From Flammeovirgaceae bacterium UBA5867 (GTDB taxonomy: Bacteria > Bacteroidota > Bacteroidia > Cytophagales > Cyclobacteriaceae), in NCBI GenBank assembly GCA_002432545.1, contig DJFR01000040.1, forward strand, positions 20,270 through 72,345: 52,076 bases of DNA, given 5' to 3'. The position numbers and the translations under genes are program-made. Shown here piece after piece: positions 36,527 through 45,118 of the stretch (positions within the stretch are counted from its first letter, which is position 1; each line of letters starts with the position of its first letter). Below the pieces are notes generated by a model. The model searched no databases, was not told where the DNA came from, and saw nothing but the letters and a program-made list of their open reading frames with translations.

Positions 36527-38668
36527 ATGCGATTTAACTTATTGGTCCTGTTCGTACTGCTCAGTCAGTACGGATGGGCACAAAAGTCGTGGAAGACTTT
36601 TACCTCTGAAAAAGGCGCTTTCTCAGCCGAGTTTCCTGCCGATCCACAAGTAACATCTGTTAATCGTCCGTCACCGGAAGGCTATAACGTAAAGATAAAT
36701 TTACATATGGCTTCGGTGGAAGGTGGCGGTGCTGCTTATGTTATCTATAATGAGTTCCCCAGCGGATATACTATACAGGATGACTCGGTATACCTGCGCG
36801 AAGTTGCCAACGAAACGGTAGCTCGCATGAATCTGGATACTTCCAATATTCAGCAAATAACATTTGATGGATTTCCCGGACGAAAATTTTACTCGAAGAT
36901 AAAAGACGTTGTAACCGACATGCGTGTTATACTCCGAACCAATCGTACCTATATAATAGCCGGGGTTTTTCCGAATAAGCGGAAAGATGACCTGACCAGG
37001 TTCATGAGCGCTTTCAAGTTTACGCCCTATAAAAAGGCGGAGTGGACAAGACATCAATTTACGGAGTACTCTTTTTCAGCAGACTTTCCAGGTGAACCTA
37101 CACTGGACGAGAGCGAGGAGCTTGGGTTGAAAGTATACTCTGGAAATGACGCGAACAGCGGAAACAACTATGCGGTGTCTATTGAGGAATACTCCAAGTA
37201 TGATCAATATGAAAGTGATAGTGCACTGCTCGCTGTACGCGCACAGGCCTATATATCTGGATATGATTCCCTGATTCAGGAAAAAGATGTAGTTATAGAC
37301 GGACAACCTGCGAAGGAACTTATCTTATACCAGTCCAAGAGTCACACGCAAATGCGCGTGCTCACATTCGCCAGAGGATTGATAGGTTATGCCTTGTTTA
37401 CTTTTCTACCGCCTTCACAAATTCATGGTGCCGAGGCAAATCGTTTCTTCGAATCATTCAAATTTATAGGAAAGCCAACGTCTAATTTACTCAGCGATAA
37501 GTCGGCGCTCTTACTGAAAGATATAGCAAGTAAAGATACGGCTATATGGAAACCTGCAGCCGCAGCCTTTAGAGACTATGCTTTCAAAGAGAAAGATGTT
37601 GAAGCGATTCATAATCTCATCAAACAATCTTTTTCTGATGATCGCGAGCCGGAAGGCAGTCGCAAGACAATCATGTTTGAAGCGCTTGAAAATATAGCCT
37701 CGGAGAAATCAGTTACTTTTATTGAAAAGATATTCCCAACACTAAGTATAAATCCTTCCTTGGAGTTTGCTGCTCTTAAAGCACTCTCCGAAATAGGAAC
37801 CAAACCAAGCCTTGCAGCACTGGCTAAACTTTTAGCAAAGCATAAACCTATAGCAGGTGGTGAGTGGGACTATACCTTTATTTTTACTCCCTACCGGATA
37901 GACTCAGCCAGCCAGAAATTCTTTTTCCAGAACACAATAAAGTATCTGCCGGCCAAAGAGTATAAAGTAGGCCTATATATGCTTGCTGAACACCTGCTGG
38001 AAAACAAAACACTATCTATTGCTGAACTATCAGCACATAAGAAGCTGATTGTGCAGGATTTTCAAGCGGATAGTGAAGTATATCTCCGTGATTCTACCTA
38101 TCAGAGTTTATACTACCTTATAGAAATATTGGGCTACGAGCCACAGGCACCAGCTGAAATTGCAACGTTGAAAAAGCTTACGTACAGCTTTGATGAATAT
38201 CTTTCGGCAACAGCAGTAACAACACTCTTTCGTTTACAGCAAACTCCGGATGCAGCGCGTGTTACGGAGCTCGCACGTAATCTTACCACCCGCGTGAGTT
38301 TCTTCTCAGATCTTCATGAATATTCACTCGAACAGAAATTTCCAAAGCCATATGCTAACCAGGATAGTCTCGCGATTGGTGAATTTTATGATTACCTCGT
38401 AGGCGAATATGATGATGCCGGAGACTTCCATGTTGAGATTGCGTATAAAACGGAGTTAGTGTATGAAGGTGCAAAGAAGAAATTTTATGTTATGCGCTTC
38501 CACGATCCGTATGAGGATGCAACCTACTTGGGTATATGTGGTCCGTATACAACGGATAAACTCATGGTTTGGGGCGGCCTCACCAATTCTGATTTTGCAA
38601 AAGATACCGGTAAAGCTTACAAAGTATATCTTGATAACTACCTGAAGAGCCTGGAGGAGGTTGAATAA
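36527..38668 (+). CDS. Secreted hypothetical protein with two PsbP/DcrB-like domains and helical (HEAT-like) repeats
   Basis: Signal peptide ending WAQ; internal duplication WKTFTSEKGAFSAEFPADP and WTRHQFTEYSFSADFPGEP; helical C-terminal half. Confidence 0.65.
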   Translation: MRFNLLVLFVLLSQYGWAQKSWKTFTSEKGAFSAEFPADPQVTSVNRPSPEGYNVKINLHMASVEGGGAAYVIYNEFPSGYTIQDDSVYLREVANETVARMNLDTSNIQQITFDGFPGRKFYSKIKDVVTDMRVILRTNRTYIIAGVFPNKRKDDLTRFMSAFKFTPYKKAEWTRHQFTEYSFSADFPGEPTLDESEELGLKVYSGNDANSGNNYAVSIEEYSKYDQYESDSALLAVRAQAYISGYDSLIQEKDVVIDGQPAKELILYQSKSHTQMRVLTFARGLIGYALFTFLPPSQIHGAEANRFFESFKFIGKPTSNLLSDKSALLLKDIASKDTAIWKPAAAAFRDYAFKEKDVEAIHNLIKQSFSDDREPEGSRKTIMFEALENIASEKSVTFIEKIFPTLSINPSLEFAALKALSEIGTKPSLAALAKLLAKHKPIAGGEWDYTFIFTPYRIDSASQKFFFQNTIKYLPAKEYKVGLYMLAEHLLENKTLSIAELSAHKKLIVQDFQADSEVYLRDSTYQSLYYLIEILGYEPQAPAEIATLKKLTYSFDEYLSATAVTTLFRLQQTPDAARVTELARNLTTRVSFFSDLHEYSLEQKFPKPYANQDSLAIGEFYDYLVGEYDDAGDFHVEIAYKTELVYEGAKKKFYVMRFHDPYEDATYLGICGPYTTDKLMVWGGLTNSDFAKDTGKAYKVYLDNYLKSLEEVE

Positions 38669-38685
38669 GTAGCATTAATAAATAG

Positions 38686-38719
38686 CAAAAGCCAGGTATA
38701 GCTATATACCTGGCTTTTG
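38686..38719. terminator. Bidirectional intrinsic terminator
   Basis: Perfect 15-bp inverted repeat CAAAAGCCAGGTATA-GCTA-TATACCTGGCTTTTG between convergent genes. Confidence 0.88.
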
Positions 38720-38747
38720 TTTTCTTACTTCTTATTACTTCTGTTTC

Positions 38748-41714
38748 TCAATTCTTCTTCTTCTTCAACAACCCCTTAATCAGACTCTTCGCATCTTCAA
38801 CCTGTTTCTGCTGCTGCGTTTGTGTAGTATCTGATTTTGTTTTGCTGGTGTCTGATTTACCAAGTATAGAACCTACGATCTTCTCTGCTTCGGTTCCCTT
38901 CACAGCTTTTTCGATCGCTTTAGTGCCTTCTTCTTTGGCAACGGCAGTAGCTGCTTCTTTAACCTGCTGTTTCTGCTCATCCATAATAAGCTTGGGCGAT
39001 GGATTAGTAACAGAACCACCCAGACCTATTGTTACCGGTACATTTCCGTTCGGATCTGTTTTAGCGCCAGTCTTCTCAGCCAGGAAGCCGTTGAGTTGTG
39101 TGCCAAGTTTACCAGCCGGTACGTCCATCTTCAACGTATAGTCTATAGATTGATCGAGACCTGTGCTACCTGTGATTGTTGTTTTATAGCTACCGAATTT
39201 CACATCGAAAGGTTTTACACTTAGTCTTCCGTCTTTTATAGCGGCCGACATCAGTACATCTTTCATTGTTACTTCGTTGGCATCATTCAGTTTAGTAAGT
39301 GATGTGATACCAGAGATAAGTTTGGAATCTTTGAGCGCGGCTTGTGCAATCTTTATCAAACCACCGCCATTAACCGTAGCCATGTTCGGCATCATGTCTT
39401 TCAATAACTCTCCGCTGATCTTGAAGTCAGTGGAGAAGTTACCATTTACCATACCCGCTATAGGAGCATAGGTTGATACCAGTGATGACGCACTTGATGC
39501 TTCCTTCATGGAAACATTTTCGATCTTCAAACCAAGGTCATATTTAGGATGCGCTATATCTTTTGTGTTATAAGTACCGTCCACCACAAAACCGCCACCC
39601 AGCATGTTGAACTTCAGCCCGCTCAGGTTGGCAACACCATCTTTTACCAATACATCACCGGAAGCATTGGTCATGGTATAGTTCATAAGCTTAACGGTTT
39701 TAACATTAGACTTTAACAGGAAGTCTATATTTTGCGGTACAGGTATAACACTAAGTGCAGCGGTATCAGCAGCAGCGGCAGGCTCTTCTGTATCGCTCAT
39801 GAATTCATTAAGATCAAGCAACGTTGAGTTGAAATTTACTACACCCTTTATCGTTTCGTTCTTGCCGAATACATAGCCGAGGTAATTCAATACAGAACCA
39901 CTTACGTTGAAATCACTTTTACCAATAGTACCATTAACATTTTGCAGTTCGATTTTCTTCGGATCGAAAACCATTCCCGCCTGCGATAATGTTACGGTTG
40001 GCAGATCTTTGGTTACATACTTAAAATCTTTTAACGATGCCGTACCACTGGTTGGTAACTTGTCGTAACGCTCGGCCTGCACATCAGAATATTTACCTTT
40101 CGTCTCGATATCTGCTTTTACTTTACCGGCCAGCGTCATGCCTTCAACCGGGAAAAGTTTTGTCATCTTCTCCAGATCTATACCTCCTTTGGCTTTCAGG
40201 TCCCAGGTATAGTCATCCAGGTTTTGCAGTAACAGATCAGCACTGAATTTTTCGCCATCCATCAATACGCTGAAATCCTTAACCGTAATATAGGTCTCCG
40301 CCAGTTTACCGGAAGTGTTTTTAACCGTTGATGTAAAGTGCATGTCCTGCAGTGGCAACGGGAATTCTGCTGATTTAACATAGCCGCTGGCAAGCGACAT
40401 CGCTGCATCAATAGCCGGTATAGTTTTCTTCAGACTATCATATATACCTTTTGCATTCAGATTTATAGCATAGCTTCCTTTCATTTCCAATCCTTCCATC
40501 GGGAACATTTTGCTCAGCTCGGCAAGATTTAGTTTAGCAGCTACGGTCGCATCTACATTGGTAGGATACATCTTAGTGATCAGTGCTTTTGCATCTACCG
40601 GGTTTGATCCGAAATCAAGGTGAAGTTTTTTCAGATCGATAACTGTGTTATCAGTCACGCCATCTTTATTATCAACCAGCAGGTCTACATTTATATTGTT
40701 AACCGGAGTTGGAAGCTCAGGATATTTGAACATCGCATCTTTTACCAGCAGGTTCAGATTGAATGCCGGCATCTGCTTTTCACTATAAGTTCCTTTCACA
40801 AAACCATTAAAAGCAAGTTCTCCTTTTGTCTCAATGTCGTTAAAGCTTTCGGTATACATACCGGGAACAAGCGAGAGTATACTCTTGAAAGAATTCTCCG
40901 GACTCTTGAATGCTATATCCATACCGAAGTCGTTCTCGTTCATTTTAAACCAGCCGTCAAAGCTCATCGCAAAGTCGTTGAGCTTCGCAGTGTTTTCCTT
41001 AAAGGTATATTTAGTGTATTCTTCACTGATCGAGATTGTTGCATCGATCTCGGCACGCTTGTTACTCAGGTACTCAGTACCATCAAATACAACGGTAACG
41101 GTATCCGCCACAGTTTTGGTTTGCAGATCGAATACATCCTGGGTAAAGTCTCCGGAGCCACTATGATTTAAACCTTTCAGATTTAGCAGAAAAGGAAGTG
41201 ATTGATCATCGTATGAAACATCACCATCCACAATTTCCCAATGGTCTATACCGAATGAGAAGTTGCTCGGCTCTTCGGTAGTGGTTACTGTATCTTCAGA
41301 AGGAACAGCAATGTCGTAGTTAGCCCGGCCGTCTTTCAATACTTTTACATTGATGATAGGGCGGATGAGCGATATACCTTTTACGCGAAGTTGATCACCA
41401 AAAAGAATTTCCTTCAGGTTAACTTCTACTTCAAAACTTTCGGTAGCAAACAGAACTTCACCTTCAAACGGTGCGCGGTTAATTACACCCAGGTCGCGCA
41501 TCTCGGCTGTTATGTTCGGAAAGTTTCTGAAGAGTGTGAGATCAAATTTTTCAACATCGTATACAACGTCTGCATTTACCGACTTGTTGATTTGTTTATT
41601 GATCGCGGCTACGATGTCATCTTTAAAAACTATAGGGATGATAAAAGCGGCAGCCAGAAGAAGTACAATTAACCCACCCACAATGATAAGGGTCCATTTC
41701 AAAGCTTTTTTCAT
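38748..41714 (-). CDS. AsmA-like bridge lipid-transfer family protein
   Basis: 988 aa; N-terminal TM anchor, KDGRANYDI motif, repeating beta-groove segments, AsmA_C-like IKDGRLSVKPFDVK...GSTGLDQSIDY. Confidence 0.85.
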   Translation of the reverse strand: MKKALKWTLIIVGGLIVLLLAAAFIIPIVFKDDIVAAINKQINKSVNADVVYDVEKFDLTLFRNFPNITAEMRDLGVINRAPFEGEVLFATESFEVEVNLKEILFGDQLRVKGISLIRPIINVKVLKDGRANYDIAVPSEDTVTTTEEPSNFSFGIDHWEIVDGDVSYDDQSLPFLLNLKGLNHSGSGDFTQDVFDLQTKTVADTVTVVFDGTEYLSNKRAEIDATISISEEYTKYTFKENTAKLNDFAMSFDGWFKMNENDFGMDIAFKSPENSFKSILSLVPGMYTESFNDIETKGELAFNGFVKGTYSEKQMPAFNLNLLVKDAMFKYPELPTPVNNINVDLLVDNKDGVTDNTVIDLKKLHLDFGSNPVDAKALITKMYPTNVDATVAAKLNLAELSKMFPMEGLEMKGSYAINLNAKGIYDSLKKTIPAIDAAMSLASGYVKSAEFPLPLQDMHFTSTVKNTSGKLAETYITVKDFSVLMDGEKFSADLLLQNLDDYTWDLKAKGGIDLEKMTKLFPVEGMTLAGKVKADIETKGKYSDVQAERYDKLPTSGTASLKDFKYVTKDLPTVTLSQAGMVFDPKKIELQNVNGTIGKSDFNVSGSVLNYLGYVFGKNETIKGVVNFNSTLLDLNEFMSDTEEPAAAADTAALSVIPVPQNIDFLLKSNVKTVKLMNYTMTNASGDVLVKDGVANLSGLKFNMLGGGFVVDGTYNTKDIAHPKYDLGLKIENVSMKEASSASSLVSTYAPIAGMVNGNFSTDFKISGELLKDMMPNMATVNGGGLIKIAQAALKDSKLISGITSLTKLNDANEVTMKDVLMSAAIKDGRLSVKPFDVKFGSYKTTITGSTGLDQSIDYTLKMDVPAGKLGTQLNGFLAEKTGAKTDPNGNVPVTIGLGGSVTNPSPKLIMDEQKQQVKEAATAVAKEEGTKAIEKAVKGTEAEKIVGSILGKSDTSKTKSDTTQTQQQKQVEDAKSLIKGLLKKKKN

Positions 41715-41754
41715 ATAAAAAATTTAGACTTGGTAAGTTTCCTATTTAAAACGT

Positions 41755-41762
41755 CAAACATA
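41755..41762 (-). promoter_or_regulatory. -7 promoter element upstream of the AsmA-like gene
   Basis: Minus strand reads TATGTTTG (TAnnTTTG), 40 bp before the ATG. Confidence 0.45.
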
Positions 41763-41955
41763 TAGTTGAATGTGTACGATGTGTGTCGTGTGAATAAAGT
41801 TTTATGCCATCCATAGTTTTAGTGCGCTATGAATTCTGAACTCAAATTTAGTAAACTGACTCTTGTGTTTTTTGGTATTTAGACGAAAGCTTCTTTTAAA
41901 AGCACGTTTGCAACGTTGGGCGGGATAGGCGTGGCCGTAAAGGGAAAGTAACGTG

Positions 41956-43389
41956 TTAGAAAAGCTTTAAAAACCAGTCCATTAGCTTCCTGGAAAGGTT
42001 GGTATACGGTGGATAGAAAGCCTGAATAGATGTGAAACCTCCTTTTTGTTTCATAACCGGTTTGTTATGTGAAAAAGCAAGGAACCCATAGTAGCCGTGC
42101 GAGCTGCCTATACCGCTGTTGTTAACACCCCCGAAGGGAAGATTATGCTGAAGGAAATGCACTGCACAATCGTTAATACAAACGGCCCCGGAAGAAGTCT
42201 CCTGAATAATTTTTCTTCGATCTTTTTTACTCCGGGTAAATATATAGAGCGCCAATGCTTTCGGTTTGGTGTTAATGATCCGGATCACTTCATCTATATC
42301 GCTATAGGAAATAACAGGAAGTATAGGACCGAAAATCTCTTCTTCCATCAGGCGCGCATCCATCGGCACCTGCGTTAGTAGTACGGGATGTATAAATCGG
42401 GTTGCTTCATCAATGCTTCCGCCGAATTCAAGTTTGGCTCCGCGATATAGTGTATCTTTTAACAACTCGTTGATCCGTGCAAAATGTTTTTCATTTACAA
42501 TACGGCAATAACTTGCAGATGTGTCAAAGGCTTCACTACCGGCTGCGAAATGTTTACGGATATATACTTTCAGTTCTTCGATCAGCGGTTGCTTTACGGC
42601 ATCGTCAACCAATATATAGTCTGGTGCAACGCAGGTTTGGCCATTGTTGATAAACTTGGCGACAGCAATACGTTGTGCTGCTTCTTTGATGTTAGCGGAA
42701 GCTGTAACAATGGTAGGCGACTTTCCACCGAGCTCAAGTGTAACAGAAGAAAGATTTTCAGCAGCAGCTTTCATTACCACTTTGCCGATGGCAGGACTAC
42801 CTGTAAAGAATATATGATCGAACGGAAGTTTCAACAGGTGCTGCGATACTTCCGGGCCGCCTTCAAATACAGATACTCGGTGACTCGGAAACACTTCTTT
42901 TACCATGCGACTCAGCACAGCCGATACATGCGGTGTTAACTCCGATGGTTTAAGTATAACACTGTTGCCTGCAGCGATTGCCGATACCAACGGACCTGCT
43001 GCAAGACTAAACGGATAATTCCATGGGGATATAATGAGACATATACCGCGTGCTTCAGGTTGAGTATACGATCGTGTGCCCAGCATGGTGATGGGTGCGT
43101 CAACCTTGTGTGGCTGTGCCCATGTTTCCAAAGAGGAAACAGCAAGCCTGATTTCACTGAGTACATGAAAGATCTCGGTGCCATCAACTTCAACAGCGGG
43201 CTTTCTGAAATCAGCATAGGCAGCTTCATGAATGTGCGTACGGTTGGCGTGAATCCAGTCGCGAAGCTTTTTAAGGTACATCTTCCGCTGCGATAGTGAT
43301 TCGGTTCTGAGTGTATGCAGGTTTTCGCGATGAAGCCTGAATGCTTCGCGGATCACGTCTTTCACATCTGTTTCTGCGATTGCCTGCAT
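41956..43389 (-). CDS. Aldehyde dehydrogenase (ALDH3-like)
   Basis: ISPWNYP, LKPSE, FTGSPAIG, LELGGKSP, GQTCVAPDY (catalytic Cys), EEIFGP, LPFGGVNNSG. Start placed at ATG 43389. Confidence 0.95.
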   Translation of the reverse strand: MQAIAETDVKDVIREAFRLHRENLHTLRTESLSQRKMYLKKLRDWIHANRTHIHEAAYADFRKPAVEVDGTEIFHVLSEIRLAVSSLETWAQPHKVDAPITMLGTRSYTQPEARGICLIISPWNYPFSLAAGPLVSAIAAGNSVILKPSELTPHVSAVLSRMVKEVFPSHRVSVFEGGPEVSQHLLKLPFDHIFFTGSPAIGKVVMKAAAENLSSVTLELGGKSPTIVTASANIKEAAQRIAVAKFINNGQTCVAPDYILVDDAVKQPLIEELKVYIRKHFAAGSEAFDTSASYCRIVNEKHFARINELLKDTLYRGAKLEFGGSIDEATRFIHPVLLTQVPMDARLMEEEIFGPILPVISYSDIDEVIRIINTKPKALALYIFTRSKKDRRKIIQETSSGAVCINDCAVHFLQHNLPFGGVNNSGIGSSHGYYGFLAFSHNKPVMKQKGGFTSIQAFYPPYTNLSRKLMDWFLKLF

Positions 43390-43472
43390 AACTAAATGTA
43401 AGTCAAAATTCGGGGCAGTCAAAATCACGTAATCAACGGTCAAATATTACTCAAAGGTTAACGAATACTTGC

Positions 43473-43508
43473 TTACTGTTACTTTTATATTAAATTTGAT
43501 AACAGTAA
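43473..43508. promoter_or_regulatory. 9-bp inverted repeat flanking a -7 promoter element
   Basis: TTACTGTTA (43473-43481) and TAACAGTAA (43500-43508) enclose TAAATTTG (43491-43498). Confidence 0.4.
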
Positions 43509-43525
43509 ATTAACATTGGCGTAAC

Positions 43526-44371
43526 ATGAAGGGACTGGTGTTGATATTTTTTCTGCCAATACTTGCATTCGCACAAGACGTCAGATTTGCGTCTCAGCCA
43601 ACCTCTTCACTTCATCATTACCTCGAACTTTACAGCACTACCGATACACAGATTGTAGCAACTGATAAGCTGCTGACTTTTGTTGACAAGCTTACAGCGA
43701 AGAAGGACGACTTTAAAACCGACAAAGCGTTTCTGAATTACCTCTTCACAAAAACACATCAACGTTTTCTGCGGAACTATAAAGAGTATTCATCATTCAA
43801 TGACTTGCTGGATAAAGGATACTATAATTGTCTTACCGGCACTGCCCTATATGCTTTACTTCTCGATCACTTCGAGCTGCCATATCGTATCATCGAAACA
43901 AACTATCACATCTTTCTGATGGTGGAAACATCGGCTGGCGAAGTTCTGCTCGAAACAACAGACCCTGCCAACGGCTTTACAGATAGTAAATCGGAAATAG
44001 AGAAACGTATACATGTATACCGCCGGAATGAAATTCAAAAAGCGAATACCGATAAACGTTACTATCGTTTTTCGTTTGACTTGTATAACGAAGTGAGTCT
44101 TGATGAAATGCTCGGCCTGCTATATTACAATCAGGCTATAAAAGCATACAACGATCATCAATGGGTAAATTCTATAGCCTATCTGGAGAAAGCATCGTCA
44201 CGATATAAGTCACCACGACTGGAAGAATTCTCGCGCATCATTTTACTTTCACTGGCGGAGAGTAAACTTGATCCATCGCTGAAGGAAAACTATATACGCA
44301 AAATCCAGAGCGTGCGTAAGCACCGGCTGGCCGACATGCAGGCTAATGCCAGTGCTGGCGACAGCTTCTGA
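43526..44371 (+). CDS. Secreted hypothetical protein, possible transglutaminase-like (Cys-His-acid) fold with TPR-like C-terminus
   Basis: Signal peptide ending FAQ; YNCLTGTALY...YHIFL...LLETTD spacing; LYYNQAIKAY helical repeat. Confidence 0.6.
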   Translation: MKGLVLIFFLPILAFAQDVRFASQPTSSLHHYLELYSTTDTQIVATDKLLTFVDKLTAKKDDFKTDKAFLNYLFTKTHQRFLRNYKEYSSFNDLLDKGYYNCLTGTALYALLLDHFELPYRIIETNYHIFLMVETSAGEVLLETTDPANGFTDSKSEIEKRIHVYRRNEIQKANTDKRYYRFSFDLYNEVSLDEMLGLLYYNQAIKAYNDHQWVNSIAYLEKASSRYKSPRLEEFSRIILLSLAESKLDPSLKENYIRKIQSVRKHRLADMQANASAGDSF

Positions 44372-44399
44372 TCAATTTCTTCCTGAAATATATTCCTGA

Positions 44400-45107
44400 T
44401 TAATTCTGAAGAATTCGAAGTTCAACCCGGCGGTTAAGTCTGTGTGCTTCCGGAGTATCATCGCGTGAGAGCGGCTGGGTTCCGCCAAATGCTTTTGTCT
44501 TTACGCGACTTTTGTTGATGTTCTTCGATACGATATAGCCTTTTACAGACTCTACACGAGCCTTGGAAAGTTTCATGTTTTCTTTTGCATCGCCCAGGTA
44601 ATCGGTATGGCCTTCGAGCTGAATTACCATTGTGGCATTCTCTCTCATCATCTTCACGACTACATCCAGTTCTGAATAGGAGTCTTCACTGATCTTTGAC
44701 CGCCCCACCTGAAAGATTACATTGTCAAGACGCATTACGTGCCCTACAGAATGTTTACTGGCACTGGCAGGAGCACCTGTAGTGAGCTCTATATCTTTCA
44801 GTACTTTATTACCATTCGCTTCGGCAGGGTCTATCAAATACTTGGCAGTAGTATAGCCCGGTGCCTCTACTATGATAGAGTATTTTTCATTATCGAAAAG
44901 AGGAAAAGAGTAACGGTTGTTATTGAGCGTGCCCATCTTGTTTCCATATGGAAGACTTTGATAGGTGATGCGGGCCGTTACAGGTTCTTTGGTAGCTGCG
45001 TTAATAATATTTCCCTCTGCATATATCAATGAATCAGGAGCCTGACCAAACGCCAGGCCGATGCTAAGTAAACATGCAATGGAGAATGTAAAAAACGTAT
45101 GAACCAT
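44400..45107 (-). CDS. OmpA family protein (carboxypeptidase-regulatory-like domain plus OmpA_C)
   Basis: LDNVIFQVG, IQLEGHTD, NMKLSKARVESV, NRRVELRI. Confidence 0.9.
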   Translation of the reverse strand: MVHTFFTFSIACLLSIGLAFGQAPDSLIYAEGNIINAATKEPVTARITYQSLPYGNKMGTLNNNRYSFPLFDNEKYSIIVEAPGYTTAKYLIDPAEANGNKVLKDIELTTGAPASASKHSVGHVMRLDNVIFQVGRSKISEDSYSELDVVVKMMRENATMVIQLEGHTDYLGDAKENMKLSKARVESVKGYIVSKNINKSRVKTKAFGGTQPLSRDDTPEAHRLNRRVELRILQN

Positions 45108-45118
45108 TGGTTATGAAA

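Noticed and set aside
41715-41955. 240-bp intergenic region as a possible ncRNA or riboswitch
   Set aside because: No recognisable conserved motif or strong stem by eye; contains the AsmA promoter element. An Rfam/Infernal scan would be decisive.
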